DNA from: Armatimonadia bacterium
GTDB lineage: Bacteria > Armatimonadota > Zipacnadia > Zipacnadales > UBA11051
Reading direction: 5' to 3'
Length of the DNA stretch: 56,460 nt
NCBI GenBank assembly: GCA_039683575.1
Contig: JBDKRC010000331.1
Location: 1 to 56,460, forward strand
Position numbers and translations under genes: made by a program. Positions 1-8,864 of the stretch are shown here, piece by piece. The notes under the pieces are model-generated. The model saw only the letters and a program-made list of their open reading frames with translations. It was not told the origin of the DNA and searched no databases. Each line of letters begins with the position of its first letter. Within the stretch, counting starts at the first letter, position 1.

Positions 1-34
1 CCCGAGCGGGGGGGTACGTGCCCCCGCCCTACAG
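1..34. repeat. Partial GTAG-type REP doublet (family A), cut by the window edge
   Basis: cccgagcggggggg tacgtgcccccgccctacag matches the right half of the elements at 7941, 28617 and 48811. Confidence 0.7.
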
Positions 35-66
35 TAGACGTGTCACCACCTTCCGGAGGGACCACC

Positions 67-714
67 TTGAACCGAGAAGACATCCTCAAAGCCCTCGCCG
101 AGGCCGTCATAGACATGGACGAAGACCGTGCCCGTGAACTCGCCGAGGCCTCGTTGGTCGCGGGTATGGAGGCCTACGACACCATCGCGCATGGCTTGGC
201 AGCGGGCATGGAAGTGGTCAGCGAGAAGTACGACCAGGAGGAGTATTTCGTCCCCGAAATCCTGCTGTGTTCGGATGCGATGTACGCCGCTCTCGAGATC
301 CTGCGGCCTCACCTGAAGGCCGAACAGACTGGCAGTGGGACCGTGGTGATCGGCGTCATCGCCGGCGACATCCACGACATCGGCAAGAACATCGTCAAGA
401 TGATGCTGGAGGGCGCGGGGCTGCAGGTCCACGACCTGGGCCGCGACGTCCCAGTGCAGCGGTTTGTGGACGAGGCCGAGCGCCTGAACGCCAATATCAT
501 CGCGATCTCCACCCTGATGAGCACCACAATGGAGGGCATGCGGCTGGTGGTTGAGGAATTGACCCGGCGCGGCATCCGCGAGAAGTTCAGCGTCATGATC
601 GGCGGCGGCCCGATCTCCCAGGACTTCGCCATGAAGATCGGCGCCGAGGCCTACGGCCGCGACGCTTCAGAAGCCATCCGCGTTGCGCGGCAACTGCTGG
701 AGGCCGCCTCATGA
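67..714 (+). CDS. Corrinoid (B12-binding) protein of a methyltransferase system, MtaC/MtbC-like
   Basis: B12 cap domain (YFVPEILL), DxHxxG motif (GDIHDIGKNIV), STLM and IGGGP motifs; probable TTG start at 67 after GGAGGG (ORF track starts at 40). Confidence 0.9.
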   Translation: MNREDILKALAEAVIDMDEDRARELAEASLVAGMEAYDTIAHGLAAGMEVVSEKYDQEEYFVPEILLCSDAMYAALEILRPHLKAEQTGSGTVVIGVIAGDIHDIGKNIVKMMLEGAGLQVHDLGRDVPVQRFVDEAERLNANIIAISTLMSTTMEGMRLVVEELTRRGIREKFSVMIGGGPISQDFAMKIGAEAYGRDASEAIRVARQLLEAAS

Positions 715-1745
715 ATACCGACACCATGACCCCCAAAGAGCGTTTCATGGCTTTCCTGAGCGGTCAGGAGACGGACAGGTTGCTGTGTGTGCCGCTGATC
801 CTCAACCATGCTGCCCATGCCGCCGGGATGACCGTCTCGCAGGCCCACCGCGATGGAGAGACGCTTGGGAAGGCCCACGCGGCCTCCTATCGCAAGTACG
901 GCCAGGACCTCATCACGATCTTCAGCGACACCTCGCTCATCGCGGAAGCCATGGGAACGAAGCTGTACTATAGCGAGGACGACGCCCCGCGCGTGCAAGA
1001 ACCGGCTGTGGTCGGACCGAATGACGCCGCAGGTATTGTGCCTCCCGATCCGCACCAGGACGGTCGCCTGCCGCACTACCTGGAGGCCATCCGCACGGCC
1101 AACCGCGAGGTCGGAGAGGAAGTCTTCGTTAGCTGCTGCTTCGCACTGCCTGTAACCATAGCAGCGGCGCTGCTCGGTACCGACATTTTCGTGAAGTCCC
1201 TGCGCAAGAACCCCGACCTCGCCCACCGACTGTTGAAGGTCTCGATGCAGGCCGCGCTGGACTTTGCCGATGCCGTCATCGAGGCCGGAGGCATCCCAGT
1301 GCCAGTGGACCCCGTGGCCTCCTGCAGCGTCATAGGGCCGCGGCAGTACGAGGAGTTCGCCGCACCTTACACGAAGCCCATCATTGAGCGCATCGCGCAG
1401 TCCGGCCTACCGCCTGTGTTGCATATCTGTGGCAGCAGCCACCTGATCTGGGGGCAGATGTGCGACACTGGCGCGGCGGTGCTCAGTCTCGACCGGGTGG
1501 ACCTGGCGGAGGCCAGCCGCAGCGTTGGAGAGCGCGTGTGCCTGCTCGGCAATGTGGCTCCGGCGGAGACACTGCTCTACGGCACACCGGAGACGGTGGA
1601 TGAGCAGACACGGATTTGCATCGAGAAGGGCGCGGGCAACCCCAAGGGCTACATTGTCGGCAGCGGGTGCGAGGTGCCGCTCAACACCCCGCCTGAGAAC
1701 ATCCACGCGATGATGAGCGCGGTGCGAAAGTACGGACGGAACTAG
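711..1745 (+). CDS. Uroporphyrinogen decarboxylase-family methyltransferase, MtaA/CmuA-like
   Basis: MTPKERF N-terminus, EAMG, DPVAS, Zn ligands LHICG and GSGCEV; ATGA overlap with the corrinoid gene. Confidence 0.85.
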   Translation: MNTDTMTPKERFMAFLSGQETDRLLCVPLILNHAAHAAGMTVSQAHRDGETLGKAHAASYRKYGQDLITIFSDTSLIAEAMGTKLYYSEDDAPRVQEPAVVGPNDAAGIVPPDPHQDGRLPHYLEAIRTANREVGEEVFVSCCFALPVTIAAALLGTDIFVKSLRKNPDLAHRLLKVSMQAALDFADAVIEAGGIPVPVDPVASCSVIGPRQYEEFAAPYTKPIIERIAQSGLPPVLHICGSSHLIWGQMCDTGAAVLSLDRVDLAEASRSVGERVCLLGNVAPAETLLYGTPETVDEQTRICIEKGAGNPKGYIVGSGCEVPLNTPPENIHAMMSAVRKYGRN

Positions 1746-1751
1746 ATCACC

Positions 1752-2792
1752 ATGACCCACAAACAACGCCTCCTGGCCGCGCTAAGCCGCGAGCCTGTGG
1801 ACCGCCCGCCGGTCATCTGCCCCGGCGGTATGATGTCCGCCGCCGTGGTCGAGGCCATGGAGCGCTGTGGCTACGCGTGGCCGCAAGCCCATGTAGAGGT
1901 CGAGGCCATGGCCGGGCTTGCCCTCGCCATGTACGACCTCGGAGCGCTGGAGAACCTTGCCGTACCCTTCTGCATGACCATCGAGGCGGAGGCGCTGGGG
2001 GCGCAGGTGAACCTCGGTGACCGAATCACGCAGGCGCGCGTGGACCAAGAGCCCTATCAGAGCGCGCTGGAATTGCTGGAGCAGGCCCATCCCCCTATCG
2101 CGGCCTCGCGTCGCGCGCAAGTCGTGCTGGCGGCCCTGGAACGGCTACTCGCGGAGCGGCCTGAGGCGCCGGTGATCGGCAACCTCGTCGGGCCTGTATC
2201 CCTTGCTACCTCTCTGGTGACGCCGGACGTCTTCCTCAAGCAGATGTTCCGCCAGCCAGAAGCGACGCAGGCGGCGCTGGAGCGCCTGACTGACCTGCTG
2301 CTGGCCTTCGGAGCGGAGCAGATCGCGAAGGGCGTCGAGGTCATCGCCATCGCCGACCCGACGGCCACAGGCGAGATTCTCGGCCCGCGCCTGTTCAGGA
2401 CACAAGCAGCGCCGGTGCTGGCGCGTCTGACGCGTGGCCTGCAAACCCTGGGCGCAAGGGTTATTGTGCATATCTGTGGAAATGTCCACACGATAGCCCC
2501 CCTGCTGGCCGAAATCGGAGCCAATGCCATCAGCGTTGATGACATGGTCGGCCTGCGCAAGCTGCGCGGGCAGGTTCCCAACGCCGCAGTGATGGGCAAC
2601 CTGTGCGCTCTACGGCTGCAGGAGGACCCACCAGAGAGCATCGCCAGTTGGGTCCAGCGTATTGGGCTGCGGCAGGCAGACATCATCGCTCCGGCGTGTG
2701 CGATGGTACCGACAACGCCACTGGCGAACCTGCAGGCACTGGTGCGCTCCGCCGCCGTCGTGTCCGATCCACAAGGAGGGGCCGAGCTTTAG
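1752..2792 (+). CDS. Second MtaA/CmuA-family methylcobalamin:acceptor methyltransferase
   Basis: VDRPPVICPGGMM, VPFCMTIEAEALG, ADPTATGEILGP, VHICG and IAPACAM motifs. Confidence 0.85.
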   Translation: MTHKQRLLAALSREPVDRPPVICPGGMMSAAVVEAMERCGYAWPQAHVEVEAMAGLALAMYDLGALENLAVPFCMTIEAEALGAQVNLGDRITQARVDQEPYQSALELLEQAHPPIAASRRAQVVLAALERLLAERPEAPVIGNLVGPVSLATSLVTPDVFLKQMFRQPEATQAALERLTDLLLAFGAEQIAKGVEVIAIADPTATGEILGPRLFRTQAAPVLARLTRGLQTLGARVIVHICGNVHTIAPLLAEIGANAISVDDMVGLRKLRGQVPNAAVMGNLCALRLQEDPPESIASWVQRIGLRQADIIAPACAMVPTTPLANLQALVRSAAVVSDPQGGAEL

Positions 2793-2860
2793 CCGGCCCG
2801 CCGTTATCACCGACCATCCACCACACCGCCACCACGGGCCGGCTGAAGCTCGGCCCCTCC
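2775..2860. repeat. Palindromic repeat doublet (family C, GGAGGGGCCGAGCTT..AGCCGGCCC) overlapping the methyltransferase stop codon
   Basis: Inverted pair at 2775-2799 and 2836-2860; near-identical copy at 47926-47967. Confidence 0.8.
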
Positions 2861-2883
2861 GAAGATTCGAAGAGGCGCTGCCC

Positions 2884-4317
2884 ATGACCAAACAGGAACT
2901 GCTGCGCAATCTGCCCTCGATAGACCGCCTCCTGAGCGACCCGCACGTTGCCTCGCTTGCCGAGGAACACGGCCATGAACTGGTCGTGTGGCTGCTGCGA
3001 CGCGAGTTGGAGGCACTGCGCGCGCGGATTCTGGGGGGCGAGGACGTCACTGATGTCGCAGCGACGGTCCTGCAGGCACTTGAGGCTTCGCTGCGACTTT
3101 CGTTACGCCATGCCGTGAATGCCGCGGGTGTGGTGCTTCACACCGGTCTCGGGCGCGCGATGCTGGCCCCGGCAGCCGTCGAGGCCGTGCATGACAGCAT
3201 TCGCGGATACTGCACTCTCGCCACCGACGCCGAGCAGGGCAAGCGGATGTCCCGCGATCAACACCTGAGGGACGTGCTCTGCGAACTCACCGGGGCTGAG
3301 TCCGGTACTTTCGCCAACAACAACGCCGCGGCGACCATGCTGGTGCTCAATACGCTCGCCCAGGGCAAGGAAGTCATCGTCTCGCGCGGGCAACTCGTCG
3401 AGATCGGCGGCTCCTTCCGCATGCCCGAGGTCATGGAAATGAGCGGGGCCACCATGCGCGAGGTAGGCACCACTAACAAGACGCACCTGAATGACTACGA
3501 GCGGGCCATCAACGAGAACACCGGCGCGCTTTTGCGTGTCCACCAGAGCAACTACCGCATCATGGGCTTCACTTCCGAGCCGGGGATCGAGGAACTGGTG
3601 GCGCTGGGCGACAAGCACGGCCTGCCGGTGATTGATGACCTCGGCAGCGGAGCACTGATTGACCTCAGCCAGTTCGGGCTGGAGCGCGAGCCACTGATCC
3701 AGGAGAGCGTCAGAGCCGGGGCGGCGGTGGCGTGCTTCAGCGGCGACAAGCTCATCGGCGGTCCGCAGTGCGGCATCATGGTCGGCAAGCGCGAGATCAT
3801 CGAGCGCATCAAGAAGAACCCTCTGGCCAGGGCGCTGCGCATCGGCAAAATGACTGTAGCGGCCCTGGAGGCCACACTGAGGCTGTTTCTCGATGAAGAC
3901 CACCTGTGCGAGAAGCACCCGACGTACCGCATGTTCTCGCTCCCGCTGGAGGGCTTGAAGGCACGCGCGGAGGCACTGGCGGCGAAAATGGGGACTGACC
4001 CCATTTTCACGATCAGCCATGAGGACGATGGTTCCCTTGCGCTGAAAATGGGGTCTGTCCCCGTTTTCGCTCTGCGCATCATCGAAAGCGAGACCGAAGT
4101 CGGCAGTGGCTCGGTGCCGACACAGACCCTCCCGACGTGGGCGGTAGCCGTGCAGCCGCAGGGCATGGCACCGGAAGAGCTGGCCCGTCGCCTCCGCTAC
4201 CACGAGCCGCCCATCTTTGCGCGCATCCACAGAGACAGTGTCCTGTTTGACCTGCGAACCATTCAGCCGGAGGAGGACGAACTGGTGGCGGCGGCTCTGC
4301 GGAGTGTACTGCAGTGA
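2884..4317 (+). CDS. selA: L-seryl-tRNA(Sec) selenium transferase
   Basis: LRNLPSID N-terminus, VNAAGVVLHTGLGRA, NNNAAA, SRGQLVEIGGSFRMP, EVGTTNKTH, PLP lysine motif FSGDKLIGGPQCG; start MTKQ at 2884. Confidence 0.97.
   Translation: MTKQELLRNLPSIDRLLSDPHVASLAEEHGHELVVWLLRRELEALRARILGGEDVTDVAATVLQALEASLRLSLRHAVNAAGVVLHTGLGRAMLAPAAVEAVHDSIRGYCTLATDAEQGKRMSRDQHLRDVLCELTGAESGTFANNNAAATMLVLNTLAQGKEVIVSRGQLVEIGGSFRMPEVMEMSGATMREVGTTNKTHLNDYERAINENTGALLRVHQSNYRIMGFTSEPGIEELVALGDKHGLPVIDDLGSGALIDLSQFGLEREPLIQESVRAGAAVACFSGDKLIGGPQCGIMVGKREIIERIKKNPLARALRIGKMTVAALEATLRLFLDEDHLCEKHPTYRMFSLPLEGLKARAEALAAKMGTDPIFTISHEDDGSLALKMGSVPVFALRIIESETEVGSGSVPTQTLPTWAVAVQPQGMAPEELARRLRYHEPPIFARIHRDSVLFDLRTIQPEEDELVAAALRSVLQ
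3984..4068. repeat. In-frame palindromic doublet inside selA (GAAAATGGGG-N5-CCCCRTTTTC, twice)
   Basis: gaaaatgggg actga ccccattttc at 3984-4008 and gaaaatgggg tctgt ccccgttttc at 4044-4068, 60 nt apart; translated as KMGTDPIF and KMGSVPVF. Confidence 0.8.
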
Positions 4318-5882
4318 TTGATCCCGAAAAGCGCCGCCGCGTGATGGAGCGCTCCATTGCCCTCGGCCACTGTATCTGCAACCCCAAGAAGCCCTGCCCG
4401 TGCGATCTGTTCGCCGAGCGGGACCTCTGCCTCTGCGCCGGTGAGCGGCCCGAGGATGCCCCCGAGACCGTCGCGCTGACTTCCCTCGTAAAGAACGCGG
4501 GTTGTGCCTCGAAGATCAACCAGAACGACCTCAAGCGCGCCCTCGGGGACCTGCCGCAGATCAGCCACCCACGGGTGCTGGTGGGCTCGAATACTGGCGA
4601 TGACGCCGGCATCTACCAGCTCAATGATGAACTCGCACTCGTGCAGACCGTGGATGTCTTCACCCCCGGCGTGGACGACCCCTACACCTTCGGCCAGATC
4701 GCAGCGGCCAACTCCCTGAGCGATGTCTACGCCATGGGCGGCCAGCCCCTGACGGCGCTGGCGATCATCGGCTTCCCTATCGAGAACCTCAGCCCGCGGA
4801 TCATGACCCAGATCATGCGGGGGGGACAGGACAAGATGCAGGAGGCGGGCGTGCCCATCGTCGGCGGGCATAGCATCAACGACCTCGACGTGAAGTTTGG
4901 CTTCTCCGTGACGGGGCAGGTCCATCCGCAGCGCATCGTCACCAATGCCACGGCCCAGCCGGGCGATTCGCTGATCCTGACCAAGCCCCTCGGCGTGGGC
5001 ATCATCAGCTTTGCGGCTCAGCTAGACCGCGCTACGGCCCAGGCAATGGATGCTGCGGCCTATTCAATGAAAACCTTAAATAGATTCGCCGCCGAGTTGA
5101 TGATCGAGCACGGCGTGCGCTGTGGCACGGATGTGACCGGCTTCGGGCTGCTGGGACACCTCAGCGAAGTGGCGCGGCAGAGCGGCGTCACGGCCGAGGT
5201 CTGGGCAGATCGGGTACCGATGTTTGACGAGGCACTTCAATACGCCCGTGAGGGCCTGCTCTCAGGGGCCATGGAGCGCAACCGCGAGTATGCGGGGCAG
5301 TTCGTGCAGGTGGCGCCGGGTGTGGCCGAGGAGCGCGTGAACGTGTTGTACGACCCGCAGACCTCAGGCGGGCTGCTGATGGCGGCCCCGCCGGACGTGG
5401 CGGAGGAGATAGTCCGACGCCTGCACGAGGCGGGCCAGACGACGGCAGCGATCATCGGGCGCATTACCGAGCAGTCGGAGGGCAAGATCGTGATCAAGAA
5501 CGAGGGCGAGCAGGAAAGCTGCTGCTGCAGCGCGGCGGCTGAGAGTTGCTGTGAGGATGAGCCAGTCGAGGAGCCCTGCTGTGCCGAGGGGAGCCCCTGC
5601 TGCGCCGGAGGCGGCGGCGAGTCGAGCCTTACCAGCATCCGCGAAGCTTTCGGGGCGTTCATGGGCGAGGTGAACTCGCCGGGGGCGCTGGGGCTGCGGG
5701 AGAAGGAACTCGTCTCGGTGGCGCTGTCGGTGCTGTCGAAGTGCGAGCCCTGCGTGAAGATCCACGTGAAGAAGGCGTGCGAGGCGGGGCTGACGCAGGC
5801 GGAGGTTGACGAGGCGGTGTGGATGGCGATCGCCTTCGGCGGGGCCCCGACTATGATGTTCTACAACGGCATCCGGAAGTAA
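4314..5882 (+). CDS. selD: Selenide, water dikinase (Cys form) with a Cys-rich N-terminal extension, a poly-Cys linker and a C-terminal AhpD/CMD-like domain
   Basis: AGCASK active site, DDAG, QTVDVFTP, FGQIAAANSLSDVYAMGG, LTKPLG, TDVTGFGLLGH, DPQTSGGLL; C-terminal KELVSVALS..KCEPCVKIH is CMD-like. Confidence 0.95.
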   Translation: MIDPEKRRRVMERSIALGHCICNPKKPCPCDLFAERDLCLCAGERPEDAPETVALTSLVKNAGCASKINQNDLKRALGDLPQISHPRVLVGSNTGDDAGIYQLNDELALVQTVDVFTPGVDDPYTFGQIAAANSLSDVYAMGGQPLTALAIIGFPIENLSPRIMTQIMRGGQDKMQEAGVPIVGGHSINDLDVKFGFSVTGQVHPQRIVTNATAQPGDSLILTKPLGVGIISFAAQLDRATAQAMDAAAYSMKTLNRFAAELMIEHGVRCGTDVTGFGLLGHLSEVARQSGVTAEVWADRVPMFDEALQYAREGLLSGAMERNREYAGQFVQVAPGVAEERVNVLYDPQTSGGLLMAAPPDVAEEIVRRLHEAGQTTAAIIGRITEQSEGKIVIKNEGEQESCCCSAAAESCCEDEPVEEPCCAEGSPCCAGGGGESSLTSIREAFGAFMGEVNSPGALGLREKELVSVALSVLSKCEPCVKIHVKKACEAGLTQAEVDEAVWMAIAFGGAPTMMFYNGIRK

Positions 5883-5888
5883 AGTCAT

Positions 5889-6010
5889 CGCGTGGGAGGC
5901 ATGCTCCGCATGCCGGACTCAGTGAGCATGTTCCGGCACACGAGGTGTGCCTACCACGCGGAGAGATGGAAAGAGACGAGTTCCGGCATGCGGAGCATGC
6001 CTACCACGCG
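5889..6010. repeat. Palindromic repeat cluster (family D) between selD and selB
   Basis: cgcgtgggaggcatgctccgcatgccgga ... tccggcatgcggagcatgcctaccacgcg inverted arms with a degenerate internal copy. Confidence 0.7.
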
Positions 6011-6021
6011 AAGAGGAAACA

Positions 6022-7929
6022 ATGCCAGACGAACTCCAACAAATCATCATCGGCACCGCCGGGCACATTGACCACGGCAAGACCGCGCTCGTGAAGGCGC
6101 TGACCGGCGTGGATGCCGATACGCTTGAGGAGGAGAAGCGGCGCGGGATCACCATCGAGCTTGGGTTCGTATTCATGCCTCAGGCTGCCGGGGATGACAG
6201 GCAGATCGTCTTCATAGACGTGCCCGGCCACGAACGGCTGGTCAAGACGATGGTTGCCGGGGCGAGTAACCTTGACGCCGTGATGCTGATCGTCGCGGCT
6301 GATGAGGGCGTTGCGGCACAGACTCGTGAGCATTTTGACATTCTCAAGCTCCTGGGCATGACGCGGGGGCTGGTGGCGCTGACTAAGGTGGACCTCGTGG
6401 ACGAGGCGCGGCGCGAGCAGGTCACGAACGAGGTCAGAGGCTACCTCAGCGGCAGCTTCCTTGCGGACGCGCCTATCACGCCGGTCTCGGCGGTCACCGG
6501 CGAGGGCGTCCAGGAGCTGCGGACGGCGTTGCAGGCGCTGGCGGCGACCGTTGAGCCGCGGACGGACAGCGGCGTGTTCCGCATGCCTGTGGACCGTGTC
6601 TTTACCATGCATGGTTTTGGCACGGTGATCGCCGGGACGGTGCTGGCGGGGTCAGTGCGGGTGGGCGACCAGGTGGAGATACTTCCGGAGGGGTTGCGGA
6701 CACGCGTACGGGGCATACAGGTGCATGGGGCGAAGACAGAGGTGTCGGGGCTGGGAGCGCGGACGGCGCTGAATGTGCCGGATGTGAAGAAGGAGGACCT
6801 GCGGCGGGGCCAGACGGCAGCGGCGCCGGATTCGCTCAAGCCCACGCAGCGCCTCGACGCCCAGCTATACCTGTTGCAAACCGCAGACGAACTCAAGCAC
6901 CGGGCGCGGTTGCGGCTGCACATCGGCACCGACGAAGTCATCGCACGCGTGGCACTGCTCGATCGCGAGCGGCTCCTTCCGGGCGAGACAACCACCGTGC
7001 AGTTCATCCTTGAAGCCTCAACCGTGGCCGTGCCGCGCGATCGCTTCGTGGTGCGTACCTTCTCGCCGCTGCAGACCATTGGCGGCGGGACGATCCTCGA
7101 TGCCCACCCAGAGAAGCACAAGCGGTTCGATGAGGACGCGCTGGAGGGGCTGACCCAGCTTGAGGGCGACCTCGGGCAGGTGATCGCGCAACAGGCTCTG
7201 AAGGCCGGAGCGGTGCCGCAGAAGCTGGCCGACTTCGTTGCCGCTACGGGAGCGGGTGAGCCGGAGGTGGCTGCAGCGGTCGCTCAGCTTGTTGAGGCGG
7301 GGCGACTGGCAGCGGTGCGAGAGGACTATCTCCATGCAGAAGTGCTCGAGGACCTCGCAAGCAAGCTCCACCATGCCTTCGCCGTCTACTACCAGAGAAG
7401 CCCGCAGAAGCTCTGGATGCCGCTGTCGGACCTGCAGGCGCAGGCGGCGAAGCTGATGCCCAAGCCGGTCTGGGAGGCGCTCTTCAGGCAGATGGTGACT
7501 GAGGGGACGCTCGTGCGCAAGGAGCAGCGCGTGCGGCCTGCTGACCGGCAGGTAGAGCTCAAGCCTCAGGAGCAGGAGTGGGCCGAGCGGGTAGCCAGGG
7601 CATACCAGGCTGCGGCATTCTCAACCCCTTCAGAAGAGGAAGTGCGCGCGGAACTGAAAATCCCCGAGGCGGCGTTTGCAGGTGTAATGACCGCGCTGAC
7701 GGAACAAGAGACCCTCATCCGCGTCAGTGACAAAGTCATCTACCATGTCGAGCCGCTGAATCAGCTTCGCGAGAAGGTAGCGGCACTGATTCGCGAGCGA
7801 GGCAGCATGACGGTGGCGGAGTTGCGTGACGAATTGGGTATCTCGCGCAAGTACGCGCTGGCAGTGATGGAGTACTTTGACGCAGTGGGGCTGACGAGGC
7901 GCGAGGGGGACGCGCGGGTGTTGGCGTAG
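6022..7929 (+). CDS. selB: Selenocysteine-specific translation elongation factor
   Basis: [37 protein letters not shown]-domain motifs; C-terminal SECIS-binding winged helix [14 protein letters not shown]. Confidence 0.97.
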   Translation: MPDELQQIIIGTAGHIDHGKTALVKALTGVDADTLEEEKRRGITIELGFVFMPQAAGDDRQIVFIDVPGHERLVKTMVAGASNLDAVMLIVAADEGVAAQTREHFDILKLLGMTRGLVALTKVDLVDEARREQVTNEVRGYLSGSFLADAPITPVSAVTGEGVQELRTALQALAATVEPRTDSGVFRMPVDRVFTMHGFGTVIAGTVLAGSVRVGDQVEILPEGLRTRVRGIQVHGAKTEVSGLGARTALNVPDVKKEDLRRGQTAAAPDSLKPTQRLDAQLYLLQTADELKHRARLRLHIGTDEVIARVALLDRERLLPGETTTVQFILEASTVAVPRDRFVVRTFSPLQTIGGGTILDAHPEKHKRFDEDALEGLTQLEGDLGQVIAQQALKAGAVPQKLADFVAATGAGEPEVAAAVAQLVEAGRLAAVREDYLHAEVLEDLASKLHHAFAVYYQRSPQKLWMPLSDLQAQAAKLMPKPVWEALFRQMVTEGTLVRKEQRVRPADRQVELKPQEQEWAERVARAYQAAAFSTPSEEEVRAELKIPEAAFAGVMTALTEQETLIRVSDKVIYHVEPLNQLREKVAALIRERGSMTVAELRDELGISRKYALAVMEYFDAVGLTRREGDARVLA

Positions 7930-7940
7930 AGACGGCTCTG

Positions 7941-8019
7941 CTGTAGGGCGGGGGCTCGTACCCCGCCGGCCGTCGTCCACGATCACCCGAGCGGCGGGGT
8001 ACAAGCCCCCGCCCCACAG
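7941..8019. repeat. GTAG-type REP doublet (family A)
   Basis: ctgtagggcgggggctcgtaccccgccg ... cggcggggtacaagcccccgccccacag inverted pair. Confidence 0.85.
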
Positions 8020-8035
8020 CCCGAGTGCGGCAGAC

Positions 8036-8131
8036 GGAGGAGTCAGGGTTCCGGTGGGCCTCCTGGGCTTCAAACCCAGTGTGGGGCTCGAGAGAGTCCC
8101 GGGTGGGTTCGACTCCCACACTCCTCCGCCA
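8036..8131 (+). tRNA. selC: tRNA-Sec (anticodon UCA)
   Basis: 8-bp acceptor stem GGAGGAGT/ACTCCTCC, anticodon arm CTGGG-CT-TCA-AA-CCCAG (TCA at 8070-8072), long variable arm, T arm GTGGG-TTCGACT-CCCAC, G discriminator then CCA; lies directly after selB. Confidence 0.97.
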
Positions 8132-8191
8132 GATTCAGTGGTCAGTTGGCAGTGGTCAGTTAACGGCGGGAGGCAAAGGCAAGACAAAGGC

Positions 8192-8221
8192 AAACGCCCG
8201 ACCATTGGCCGGGCGTTTTTT
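8192..8221 (+). terminator. Rho-independent terminator between selC and the convergent gene, probably bidirectional
   Basis: AAACGCCCG-accattggc-CGGGCGTTT followed by a T run. Confidence 0.8.
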
Positions 8222-8233
8222 GGTTCTTTGAGT

Positions 8234-8252
8234 AGCGCGCGCACGGCGCGCT
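8234..8252 (-). promoter_or_regulatory. Candidate bacterial SECIS hairpin for the TGA at 8270-8268
   Basis: Minus strand AGCGCGC-CGTGC-GCGCGCT; the stem starts 15 nt and the loop 22 nt after the TGA; GU at loop positions 2-3; distinct from the terminator. Confidence 0.55.
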
Positions 8253-8255
8253 GGG

Positions 8256-8657
8256 TTACTTGCCCCCTCACCCACCGGTCTTCGGCTTAGTAATGAGGAC
8301 TGTGCTGGTTGGGGCTTCCCACTTCACACCGCAGCCCAACCGAGTGCTCATCAGGCGTAGCGGCAGGTAGATGCTGCCGCCAATCGTGAGCCCCTCGGAT
8401 CCGGAGATACGGGCGATTTTACCACACAGGACCACAGTCGCAGATTTGGTGTTGGGGTTCCACTTCACGCTGCCGCCCAGAGCCTGAACTCCGCTGCGCA
8501 GTGGGACATATGTCGTGCCGGCGCGCTCTATGGCTGGCGGAGTGACCGTCACCGCCTTGCCGTCGACATTCATCTTCACCGGCTTGTCAGCAGCCTGTGC
8601 GCCTGCAACGACCACGAGCAACGCGAGCAGCACCAATACCGGCATGAGGCTTTTCAT
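8256..8657 (-). CDS. Exported copper-amine-oxidase N-terminal (stalk) domain protein; predicted selenoprotein ending GG-U-GGK
   Basis: Signal peptide; GTTYVPLR..LGGSVKWN and IYLPLR..LGCGVKWE stalk motifs; the ORF-track stop TGA (8270-8268) is followed by GGG GGC AAG TAA. The domain call is firm, the Sec readthrough is inferred. Confidence 0.7.
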
Positions 8658-8793
8658 GGCGTTACCTCGAACGGATATGCCTTGTCATTCTTAGCGAAGC
8701 GGGTAATCTCCAAGGCATCTTACCAAATGACATGGACTTATACAACCCGCCAGAGTTCGGTTCGTTCCCCAGGAGGAAGAAGATGATGAAGAA

Positions 8794-8819
8794 GGAACCT
8801 TGAGGATGCGCATTTGTCA
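8794..8819 (+). promoter_or_regulatory. Possible ECF sigma-factor promoter
   Basis: GGAACC-N16-GTCA, 45 nt upstream of the ATG at 8865. Confidence 0.3.
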
Positions 8820-8864
8820 GCTATATGTATGCCTTGATGAGTCGCTTGCTGGGAGGGGCCGACC

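Noticed and set aside
2662-2883. N-terminal extensions in the ORF track for selA (and likewise selB, pilC, tnpA and the 10730 and 23047 ORFs)
   Set aside because: They are translations of intergenic repeats; downstream starts fit the family N-termini or signal peptides better
4490-4515. Possible Sec at the SelD active site
   Set aside because: The codon is TGT (AGCASK), so this is the Cys form
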